64,000 nt of DNA from Octopus bimaculoides (lineage: Eukaryota): positions 79,789,534-79,853,533 of the forward strand of contig NC_068981.1 in the NCBI RefSeq assembly GCF_001194135.2, read 5' to 3'. This document shows, piece by piece, positions 57,101 through 64,000 of this stretch. The translations under genes were made by a program, and so were the position numbers. Each line of letters starts with the position of its first letter. The stretch's first letter is position 1. A model generated the notes under the pieces. It was not told the origin of the DNA and did no database searches. It saw only the letters and a list, made by a program, of their open reading frames with translations.

Positions 57101-60100
57101 AGCTTTGTTAGTATGAAAGGCCACTCCCTCAGAGTGAAAGGCAGATTGCATGATGCCTGTGTACGAATAGCTATGCTACATGGCAGTGAGATATAGGTTG
57201 TGACTACTGAGGATCTGCGAAGGCTTGAATAAAATGAAGCCAGTATGCTCCAATGGCTTGGTAATGTCAGTGTGCATATATGACCGAGTGTAAGTGATTT
57301 GAGATAAAAACTAGGAACAACATCAAATGTAATGTGCAAGAGAGAAGACTGTGCTGGTACAGTCATGTAATGCATATGAATGAAGACAGTTGCATCAAAA
57401 GATACCAATCTCTAATTATGGAGGGAACATGTGAAAGGGGTAGACTCAGGAAGATGTGGGATGAAGTGGTGAGAAAGGATCTTCAGATGTTGGGCCTCAC
57501 AGAGGGAATGACAGTTTGCTGTACTTCAGAAGACATCAAACTAAGTAAAATCGTGGTTGTCCTTGCATACAGGCATGTCCCCTGCATCCCTCTCCAGCCA
57601 AGTGTTCCTAATCTTGTGGGTGCTGGCACCATGTAAATGCACCCGGTACACAAAGTGGTTGGCGTTAGGAAGGGCATCCAGCTGTAGAAACCATGCCAAA
57701 ACAGGCAAGGAGCCTGGGCAGCTCTTCAGCTGGCCAGCTCCTGTCAAACCATCCAACCTTTGCCAGCATGGAAAACGGATGTTAAATGATGATATGAGAC
57801 ATTGAGAGATGGTGAAACAATTTTTTGAGTAATGCTCTCACAGCTTTAAATTCAGTAACATTAACTTGACAATTTTTTTAATAGAAATGAACAGACTGAG
57901 TAATTTCAGTAATTTATTGTGTAAAATATGCTAATTTCCAAGCCTAATCATAAATAATATGATGATCCTCTCATCATTAATTAGGTAAAAATGGCAGCGA
58001 AATTTATGCATAATTAACATAATGTTAGTCATTGTCTAATATTGTCCTCATGGCCTAATTATTTTTAATTAAATTTTTAATGCTTACATTAGTGTAGTAA
58101 CATTTAGTTTCCCATGAGTAGATAACTTAAGGCCAGTCACTTCTGTGATACCGATTTACAGTAGCTCTTTACTTATATCTTGCTTTTTATATAATCTTAG
58201 CCTTATGTCTTGTGTTTCTGAGTTCATACTGCAGTAGAACTAAGCCTGTTCTTATTGTAAATTAAAACAGTCTTGATAGAGCAGATATGATCAAAGTATT
58301 CAGATATGACAACTGTCTTTTATTCAGATGTAAATTATCTAGGACTTATCTAATAAGACCTCTTTATTTAAGAGGATGTGATTCGAGGAAGAATTAGCTG
58401 TTGTAAGTGACCATGTGGATGTTTTGTTCATTGTCTCAAGCCTGTTGTTATCACTTTAATCTTCAGTATTTCCATTGTACATTTTAAATTAAATATCTAG
58501 AATGTCTGAAATGAGTTGTTAATAAGAGAATACTTTGGACTCTTAACATCATCATTAGTTGAAAGACTTTTCATTACTTATACTACGTACACTTCATTTC
58601 AACTGATTTGTTCTCTATTAGGTGTCTTATCTTGGATATGTATACAATAAACTGGATTTAGATTAGGAACATTTATTTCTAAGGATAATAACATTCTAAT
58701 CCTCTAGATCACTGATACATATTTCCAACTAGTGAAAATGAAGTGCAATATATTAAAATGGAGTGACTTGTGGTGTTCATCTATTCCTCACAGACATTTG
58801 CAATTAAATAAAGTGAAGCAAAACAAAAAGATTGCAAATAGATCCAGAAGTCAGAGTAACTCAGTGTACATGAGTCTATTTCTATAGCACTCACTATGAG
58901 AGACAACTTGCCTCAAATACTTTGAGGAGTGGAAATTCTCAGTAAAATCTTCCCATATGTATTCCCAGAATATATATATACAAGGGTTGGACAAAATAAT
59001 GGAAACACCTTAAAATTTCAAACAAATTTATTTTAATATGGGGCAGGATCACCTTTGGCAGTAATTACAGCTTGAATTCTATGAGGTATGAACTTGTATA
59101 ATGTTTGAATTGTTTCCAAAGGAATTTTTGTCCATTCTTCAGCTAAAACAGTCTCCAGTTCTTGTAGTGATGATGGTGGAGGATATCGACTCCTTACTCG
59201 TTTTTCTAAAATGCACCATAAATGTTCAGTAATATTGATATCTGTGGACTGTGGTGGTCAGATAAGATATTCAACTTCACTAGAATGTTCCTAATGCCAT
59301 TCAGTAACAACTTTAGCAGTGTGAATTGGTGCATTATCATCTTGTCTTGAAAGATTGCGTTTCCCTCCGGAAACAGTTTCACAAACATAGGATGAATTTG
59401 ATCAGATAAAATGCTTAAATAGTCTTGACTATTAATTCTGCCATGAAGGGAAACAATTGGGCCAGTGGATTTCCAAGATATAGCCCCTAGATCATCACAG
59501 ATCTTCCTCCATGTTTAACAGTTGGAAGAAGGCAGTCTGGGTCAAATGATTCTTTTGGTTGTCTCCACATGTATACTCGACTGGTGATAGGATATAAGGT
59601 AAAGGACGACTTTGTGCAGCTCCCGGTGAACAGTTTTTGTGGAAATTGGGTTCTTAAGGTAGTCATTAAGCTCTGCAGTAATTTTGAGAGCTGTACTTTT
59701 CTGATCCTTTCTAACAATTCGTGTAAGAGTCCGATGGTCCCTATCTGAAAGTTTTGGTTTTCTTCCGGAGTTTTATTTTGACGAGGAGATTTTTCCCTCT
59801 TTCTCAAAGGCTGTCATTACTTTCGAGACAGTACTTCTCGATATACCAAACATTTCAGCTGTTCTCATTATACTAGTGCCTGCCATACGAGCACCAACAA
59901 TTTGACCTCTTTGAAAGTCCGACAGATCTGTCATTTTAATGAATTTTAATTACTTTTTTCTGATGATATTTGAAAAGAAACAGCAATTTTAGCAAAGCAT
60001 ATTAAGCAACACTAATAATAAATCAAAAAAGCATAAAAATAAACAAGCTTTTGACGGTTTTATAGATATTTCAAAATTATGATGCTACATGTTTCCATTA

Positions 60101-62095
60101 TTTTGTCCAACCCCTGTATATATATAAAAAAAAATGTAGGGTGACATGATTGTAATAGGAGCAGATATGGCAGCGTGGTTAAAAAGTTTACTTCACAACT
60201 ATGCAAGTTCCAAGTTCAGTTCTACTGCATGGCACTTCAGGCATAGCCTTGAGCCAACCAATGCATTATAAATAGTGGTTCTCAACCAGGGTCCATATGA
60301 CCCTTGGGGGTCCCACATAAGATTTTGTTGCTAAAGCTTATGAGCAATAAATTAGTTATACATCTACAATACATGAAATATTTTGGTGAAAGAATACATA
60401 CACCTGATGTTTAAGGTTAGGGTTTTTGTTACGCCAAAAATGGGAGGTGTACATATTCTTTACCTCTGCCAATATTTTAACAATTTTTAAAATACAACTT
60501 CTTAATAATTTTTAGTTATAAAAATATAACAGGGTTTCTTTTTTTATAACATGGGGTTTCAGTAGAGTACAATAAGGACCAACAGGGTCCATAGGCAAAA
60601 AATGGTTGAGAACCACTGCTTTATAAGTACATATGCTAGACAGAAACGGTCAGAAGCTCATTTTGTGTGTTGGGTGAATGTGATTGTCCTTCTCCACTTA
60701 ACAATAGATGGTTTGTTTATGTCCTCATAACTTAGTGTTTCGGCAAAAAAGACAGCAACAGAATAAATAACAAAGTAAGTACAAGGATCGATTTGATCAA
60801 CTATAAAAGAATAAAATTTTTTAAAAAAAGTACATTTAAGGTGGTGCTCCAGTACCAGCACAAGTCCAACAACTGACACAATTTGAAGAGTGAACGAGTC
60901 AAATTTGGGGTCACAAACTGAATACACATTGAGCATAATCTCTATACCGTTTTGTATTGGTGATAAAGATATTCTAATATCCAAGACAAAGAAGCTACAA
61001 ATATGAAAAGAGGACGGAAAATCATATGATGAAATACTATGCCTCTCTATAATTACCAAAGTAAACTAGCTACTAAGAGGGGCAGAATGACAGATGAGTA
61101 ATAGTAGGATGGTCAAAAAACACATGACAGTATGTCAGTCAGTGGAAGTAAAAACGTTAAACTTCAATTTCCAATTCCATGATCTCTTTAAAAAAAAAAC
61201 AAAAAAAACATAGGGCAGCAAATATGTCTTTAGAACTTATATCCAATCTCATCTGGGCTTCAAAGCTCCAAATCTTTTAAATAAATACGAGAGTAGACTA
61301 AAATAAATATCAAAAGTATGTTTCTCCTGTATGTCTATCTACACGCATACACAATAGCTTCTCCCATCAGTTCTTGTAATCTATTTTCTTGAGCACCAGA
61401 CAAACTTTTATAGAGGAACACCAACAGAATATACTACAGTTGAGACCATCCAATCTTTCTATCGTGCATAGTGTATCTAAGAATAGTACCTTAACTAGTG
61501 AATCCATACATTTTTCTTCGTCTTTTCTTTTTTGTTAAATCGTTGGATGTGATTTTAAGACAGTTATTAACCAGGTGGAGTGCGCACCACTAAAAGATTT
61601 CGAAGATTCAATCTTATTCCACTACATTATTACTTTTGGATACTCGCCTAAAACCGCATCTGGGACTCTGACACAAAACTTCTCGTTTTTAAATGATGTA
61701 GATTAATGACAAAGTTATTTTAATAAATTCATTATTTTTCAAAATTAAGGCGGCGAGCTTGCAGAATCGTTACCGCACAGGACAAAATGCTTAGCGGCAT
61801 TTCTTCCATCTCTTTACATTCTCAATTCAAATTCTGCCTACGTTGGCTTTTCCTTTCATCTTTTTGGAGTCGGTAAAATAAGTACCAGTCGAGTACTGGA
61901 ACCGATGTAATCATAAGAACTAGGAAATCATTTAGATATAAGTTCAGGAAGTAGAATACATTATTTTGCGAGCGTTTTTAAAAAATTCATTTATTTGGTC
62001 TGTCGATCTTGGCCACGCTTTCATCCCAGTCCATCATTCTGTTGCCTACATTTGAAATATAACCCAAATAATATAAATAAATATCTATCTATCTA

Positions 62096-62130
<35 letters not shown>

Positions 62131-63292
62131 NNNNNNNNNNTATATATACACACAGGGATGGGCATAAGTCGCTTTAACCATTTCTAATGATAATAAAGAA
62201 ATGGGTAAAGCGACTTATGGCTATGGCCATCCGTTTATATACACACACACATATATATTAATGGGGGAACCCGGTTTATGGGGTTACCCTAGGTAGCCCC
62301 CATAAACAGGCCTCCCCCATCAAAAATATTAACTGTTCCACATCTTAGAGTGTGCTTCTCCAGATTTATGTTTTTCTACAAAGGAAGGTGGATGGATGGA
62401 CTGTGTGTAACACTGCTCTACACGCGTTCAAACATACAATGTGTGTACCCACATACATGATGGATGGATGGACGGAGATACAGATAGATACACCTATTAA
62501 TATACATACATCAGCATATACACAAAAATATATATAATATATGTATGTATAGTTACAAACTTTATATATGTGAGAGAAAGTGTGTATATGTACTATCTAT
62601 ATACATAAACTTGTCATAAAACCCGTTATCACATCAAACTGACGTGTCTTCTGTTTATGTTCATAAAAATATAAAAAGAATAAAACTTTTCTCAATATAG
62701 TTTACGGTAGCGAAAATATTTCCTTCATTTGTAAATAATGTAAATAGTCTTCTTTCGATATATTTCAAATAGTAATTAAATACAGCGTTACTACACGCCG
62801 ATTCCATTTTCCGAACGAAATACAACAGTTGACGGAAGATATAAAGTTGTTTCTTTTATCTTACTCTCACATATTCAAAATTAAAACGAAAAGCAATAAA
62901 TAATAACCCAAAGTCTAACAAATGCACATATTTCAACAATTACAACGTAATTTTCCCTTTGTTTATATTTGAATTAATCAATTTCCCTCTCGTCAAGAAG
63001 CAAAACAAACGATTCCTAGTCCGGCTGAAAAATCAGGGACTGATTTAACGATACCAAGTACAAGAAACGAGACCCCGATTTTAGGACCAAACAATATTAA
63101 CCTTGGCGATAACAAAAACCGTGACGTTTTCGAATATAAACTGAAAAAAAGATGCAACAATAAAGACTGAAGAATAAATTTTCAATGAAATTGAAACTAT
63201 ATTGATGAAATTAAAGTTTCTTTACCGTAATTAGACATTTTGATATCCCCGTTAGGAAAGCGCAGACGAGCGCCGCAATCCATTTCAGCCAT
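5464..63292 (-). CDS. SOAT1: Sterol O-acyltransferase (ACAT/SOAT, MBOAT family), 15 coding exons, 534 aa
   Basis: Hand-spliced exons join in frame (67+77+125+63+108+149+128+76+85+197+77+99+136+143+75 = 1605 nt), all GT-AG. Recognisable SOAT1 blocks: [119 protein letters not shown]. Confidence 0.96.
5987..6129 (-). CDS. SOAT1: SOAT1 exon 14 (GFVFLTDKG...WNVFMW...[12 protein letters not shown])
   Basis: poly-T ccag| acceptor, ACC|gtgagt donor. Confidence 0.96.
7040..7560 (+). mobile_element. CR1/Jockey-like LINE RT fragment
   Basis: [23 protein letters not shown]...FYTDGTT is a decayed GVPQGSVL / YADD region. Confidence 0.75.
7672..7807 (-). CDS. SOAT1: SOAT1 exon 13 with catalytic His (SAVFHEY; His codon 7742-7744)
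   Basis: ttccag| acceptor, T|gtaagt donor; equivalent to human His460 in AVVHEY. Confidence 0.96.
9183..9385 (+). mobile_element. piggyBac-type MITE (CCCTTTAGCATT ends), 5' end eroded
   Basis: Ends AATGCTAAAGGG-TTAA; body matches the copies at 39.6-39.8 kb and 55.35-55.56 kb. Confidence 0.7.
9488..9586 (-). CDS. SOAT1: SOAT1 exon 12 ([33 protein letters not shown])
   Basis: ggtag| acceptor, ACG|gttggt donor; MBOAT signature with the conserved Asn. Confidence 0.96.
9983..10357 (+). mobile_element. tRNA-derived SINE family A (internal microsatellite)
   Basis: A-box-like TGGCTGTGTGG and B-box-like GGTTCAGTTCC; many homologues in the window (21.1, 21.7, 26.3-27.0, 36.9, 41.2, 43.0, 60.2 kb). 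Confidence 0.85.
10622..10698 (-). CDS. SOAT1: SOAT1 exon 11 ([25 protein letters not shown])
   Basis: tttcag| acceptor, AAA|gtaggg donor; first half of the FYxDWWN motif. Confidence 0.96.
10953..12340 (+). mobile_element. Young RTE-clade LINE 3' part, spanning an N gap
   Basis: [13 protein letters not shown]-[PHD finger]-GEKLEV, then gap, then the 3' tail ...GGACGTTAAAC(GAT)n. Confidence 0.88.
13080..14339 (-). mobile_element. Mariner (DD34D) transposon, frameshifted
   Basis: [14 protein letters not shown] and [13 protein letters not shown] motifs; TIR-like TATTGGGTTGGCAAGAAAGTAAT at the 14.3 kb end; other end degenerate. Confidence 0.92.
17266..17462 (-). CDS. SOAT1: SOAT1 exon 10 ([10 protein letters not shown]...LPGTLVLFI)
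   Basis: ccacag| acceptor, G|gtaagt donor; lies within ORF track 17222..17521. Confidence 0.96.
18448..18755 (+). mobile_element. SINE family C
   Basis: tRNA-like head (GGCTCAGTGATTGG...GTTTGATTCC); homologous inverted copy at about 24705-25030. Confidence 0.75.
19135..19219 (-). CDS. SOAT1: SOAT1 exon 9 ([27 protein letters not shown])
   Basis: atccag| acceptor, AG|gtaag donor; conserved YLYFLFxPTLIYR. Confidence 0.96.
19473..19548 (-). CDS. SOAT1: SOAT1 exon 8 ([25 protein letters not shown])
   Basis: Long polypyrimidine tract, tgtag| acceptor, A|gtaagt donor. Confidence 0.96.
20369..20575 (+). mobile_element. SINE family B (tRNA head plus GACTTTGCCTTTCATCC-type central domain)
   Basis: Homologous copies at about 27290, 39045, 42080-42295 (minus) and 61750. 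Confidence 0.8.
21864..22694 (-). mobile_element. Internally deleted Tc1/mariner-superfamily element (maT-like)
   Basis: [20 protein letters not shown]...[12 protein letters not shown] transposase fragment; degenerate CAG.. termini in TA context. Confidence 0.75.
23160..23428. repeat. Inverted pair (~85 bp arms) of Penelope-LTR-like sequence carrying GAAACAGCTGT
   Basis: 23160-23242 is the approximate reverse complement of 23345-23428. Confidence 0.6.
25813..25940 (-). CDS. SOAT1: SOAT1 exon 7 (VWDWIWL...[13 protein letters not shown])
   Basis: tttcag| acceptor, CAG|gtactg donor, phase 1 to 0. Confidence 0.95.
26113..26322. mobile_element. MITE with ~38-bp terminal inverted repeats
   Basis: GGTGCACAGGCCCATTCTCACAAGGAAACAGTCTGGAA vs reverse complement of 26285-26322. 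Confidence 0.7.
26561..26720. mobile_element. 160-bp fold-back element nested in a SINE-A copy
   Basis: About 75-bp arms, about 10-nt loop, roughly 85% complementary. Confidence 0.8.
28485..28546. repeat. Perfect palindrome: 30-bp arms, 2-nt spacer
   Basis: CACAGAGGTATACATCCATACTATCATGCT-gt-AGCATGATAGTATGGATGTATACCTCTGTG. Confidence 0.97.
28790..28938 (-). CDS. SOAT1: SOAT1 exon 6 ([16 protein letters not shown]...RPY)
   Basis: ttacag| acceptor, A|gtaagt donor, phase 2 to 1. Confidence 0.95.
29455..30978 (-). mobile_element. Older RTE LINE 3' fragment (RT, PHD, thumb, 3' tail)
   Basis: [16 protein letters not shown] (YADD at 30863-30874), C4HC3 finger, LHGSETW; 42-bp tandem repeats at about 29790-29900; (GAT)n tail. 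Confidence 0.92.
31775..32087 (+). mobile_element. RTE 3' tail/associated SINE, young copy with two 67-bp modules
   Basis: Near-identical to the tails at 12.1-12.3, 23.7-23.9 (minus), 43.3-43.5 (minus) and 44.2-44.5 kb. Confidence 0.88.
32458..32565 (-). CDS. SOAT1: SOAT1 exon 5 ([36 protein letters not shown])
   Basis: ttccag| acceptor, AG|gtaagt donor; matches human ELLEVDHIRTIYHMF. Confidence 0.96.
32715..33897 (+). mobile_element. Mariner transposon, pseudogenised
   Basis: [36 protein letters not shown]; 3' TIR-like AACTTTTCAACCCCCTC; stops and frameshifts. Confidence 0.9.
35380..35720 (-). mobile_element. Decayed LINE RT fragment
   Basis: Across frames TG(N)YRG.., LLEKELRP and DLKESYDRV match the NYRGISL and DLxKAFDRV RT motifs. 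Confidence 0.55.
36282..36344 (-). CDS. SOAT1: SOAT1 exon 4 ([21 protein letters not shown])
   Basis: T-rich ccag| acceptor, AC|gtacgt donor, phase 2 to 2; matches human GKIFIARRSLL. Confidence 0.93.
37990..38290 (-). mobile_element. CRE-like non-LTR retrotransposon C-terminus (restriction-like endonuclease)
   Basis: [10 protein letters not shown]...[22 protein letters not shown] resembles the CRE-type C-terminus PxAVETxG...WLFQRLSLAxxRGNA. Confidence 0.6.
40409..40688. mobile_element. MITE/fold-back with ~88-bp inverted arms
   Basis: 40409-40497 vs reverse complement of 40601-40688, roughly 85% identical. Confidence 0.8.
43325..43480 (-). mobile_element. Young RTE 3' tail, inverted relative to the copy at 44.4 kb
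   Basis: (CAT)n-CGTTTAACGTCCGCTTTCCATGCTAGC... Confidence 0.88.
43515..44530 (+). mobile_element. RTE LINE 3' fragment spanning a gap
   Basis: [14 protein letters not shown], gap, tandem modules and (GAT)n tail. Confidence 0.8.
44805..44969 (+). ncRNA. Hammerhead-ribozyme-like element (type I topology) in a Penelope-LTR-like repeat
   Basis: CTGAAGA 44813-19; stem II GGCCTAG/CTAGGCC; GAAAC-AGCT-GTA; stem I GTATATCT/AGATGTAC; AATAAA about 90 nt downstream. Confidence 0.6.
46900..48780 (-). mobile_element. Old LINE remnants (CR1/Jockey-like plus RTE-like)
   Basis: [16 protein letters not shown] and [11 protein letters not shown] fragments with many disruptions. Confidence 0.45.
49320..49760 (+). 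mobile_element. Decayed CR1/Jockey RT fragment
   Basis: Frameshifted equivalents of [19 protein letters not shown]. Confidence 0.4.
51616..51740 (-). CDS. SOAT1: SOAT1 exon 3 ([25 protein letters not shown]...)
   Basis: ttcctacag| acceptor, AG|gtaag donor, phase 0 to 2; resembles the human ELKPFF...HFDDFV helix. Confidence 0.85.
53270..54171 (+). mobile_element. Mariner transposon 5' part, running into an N gap
   Basis: TIR TATTAGGTTGTCAAGAAAG; [14 protein letters not shown] region; [17 protein letters not shown]; poly-A disruption at about 53807-53829. Confidence 0.92.
55354..55556 (-). mobile_element. Full-length 203-bp piggyBac-type MITE
   Basis: TTAG-CCCTTTAGCATT...AATGCTAAAGGG-TTAA. 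Confidence 0.85.
55593..55669 (-). CDS. SOAT1: SOAT1 exon 2 ([26 protein letters not shown])
   Basis: ctttacag| acceptor, GAG|gtacgt donor, phase 1 to 0, open frame. Confidence 0.8.
55727..56287. mobile_element. TTAA-flanked non-autonomous element carrying a ~164-bp tandem array
   Basis: TTAA-CCTCCAGTTT ... AAACTGGAGG-TTAA; unit marker AGTGTAAT at 55761, 55921, 56085 and about 56249. Confidence 0.85.
56389..57018 (-). mobile_element. hAT transposon 3' end, truncated by an RTE insertion
   Basis: [11 protein letters not shown]...RGDLRLKLT hAT dimerisation-domain sequence; CAGTATTTCCTAAAC TIR-like end. Confidence 0.8.
57020..57792 (+). mobile_element. RTE LINE 3' fragment
   Basis: LHGSEI / [10 protein letters not shown] / [10 protein letters not shown] and the shared 3' tail. 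Confidence 0.85.
58981..60116 (-). mobile_element. Tc1-like transposon with both TIRs, pseudogenised
   Basis: TIRs CAAGGGTTGGACAAAATAATGGAAAC / GTTTCCATTATTTTGTCCAACCCCTG with TA flanks; KHGGRSVMI motif. Confidence 0.92.
60273..60618. mobile_element. hAT-type MITE nested in a SINE-A copy
   Basis: TAGTGGTTCTCAACC / GGTTGAGAACCACTG termini; imperfect 8-bp TSD (CATTATAA/CTTTATAA). Confidence 0.8.
62153..62233. mobile_element. Miniature TIR-only fold-back (Made1-like)
   Basis: 23-bp arms 62163-62185 / 62197-62219 with one mismatch, 11-nt loop, GGATGG/CCATCC outer ends within TA/CA repeats. Confidence 0.7.
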
Positions 63293-64000
63293 AATGCTCG
63301 ATAACACTGTGAATAATGAATAACTGCTTCTGTACGTCACAACACGCCTGTTCCGGTTGCGCTGGTTCTTTATAATATTTGTTTTAAGAGTTGATCTCAT
63401 CTTCACGGTTTCTAACAACAGCGATTATAATAATAATAATAATAATAGCATTATCATCACTATCAACATTATCATCATTATCAAACAACTGAACATTTAA
63501 TCAACCACATCATAATCAACAGTAGTAACAACGCTGTTTTTAAATAATATTTATATCCATAATTTTCATATTACTTTCATTGAATGTGATTGAAAGATAT
63601 TTGTTATAATATCAATTAAAAGCGACTGTGATATATTTTCGTTTTATACAAATGTAGAGAACTTTCTAAGGAAAATTTTACAGATCTCTTTAAACTATAT
63701 TTATTGTATTTACTCGTGTATAATGTGAGATATTTGATACAAAATGCCAGGTCAAAATTAGGGCTGACCGTGGAGCAGCGTTATACCCAAGAATAAAAAT
63801 TATATATAAAAAGGATAAAATATATGCAGTGAATTTTAAATACAAAAAGTGAAAGTCGCATTATATATATATATATACTAGACTACCCGTGACCTGTTGG
63901 ATCGTCGGGAAACTGAGTTTCCCAGCAACAGAGTTTTGTTTCATGAGTTCTTTTTCTTTTTCGGGTTATTTCGCATGCTTTCAACGAATGTGACATCGAA
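62780..64000. promoter_or_regulatory. CpG-enriched 5' region of SOAT1 (putative promoter/5' UTR)
   Basis: Visibly more CG dinucleotides than the CpG-poor introns; surrounds the start codon. Confidence 0.4.
63226..63292 (-). CDS. SOAT1: SOAT1 coding exon 1 ([22 protein letters not shown])
   Basis: ATG at 63292; donor TACG|gtaaag gives phase 1, matching exon 2. The N-terminus is poorly conserved, so the start codon is inferred. Confidence 0.7.

Noticed and set aside
63293-63418. Upstream in-frame ATGs extending the N-terminus by up to 42 aa
   Set aside because: Low-complexity and not SOAT-like, with an acceptor-like site in between; not excluded without transcript data.

Overview
AT-rich, microsatellite-dense eukaryotic DNA with several N gaps. 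The repeat families (tRNA-derived SINEs, RTE LINE tails ending in (GAT)n, mariners) look like octopus/coleoid cephalopod; this is an inference. The window holds one complete minus-strand protein-coding gene, a sterol O-acyltransferase (SOAT1/ACAT, MBOAT family). I reconstructed it by hand as 15 GT-AG exons from 63292 to 5464 (1605 nt, 534 aa). All intron phases are consistent, and the FYKDWWN motif and catalytic His (AVFHEY) are intact. The introns are filled with decayed mobile elements (mariner/Tc1, hAT, piggyBac-type MITEs, RTE, CR1/Jockey-like, CRE-like, Gypsy remnant, three SINE families) and many fold-back hairpins. The most interesting observations: (1) a hammerhead-ribozyme core in a Penelope-LTR-like repeat at 44.8-45.0 kb, with a ~90-nt extension of stem II and a possible fold whose stem III mismatches are both A-C, so it could be switched on by A-to-I editing (speculative); (2) a canonical PHD finger inserted inside the RT region of the RTE LINE; (3) a TTAA-flanked element carrying a 164-bp CpG-rich tandem array beside exon 2; (4) a candidate 9-nt microexon or alternative first exon; (5) perfect and near-perfect palindromes, including a Made1-like mini-MITE hairpin. 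No rRNA, tRNA gene or CRISPR array was found. Exon and hairpin coordinates were counted base by base; transposon remnant boundaries are approximate.
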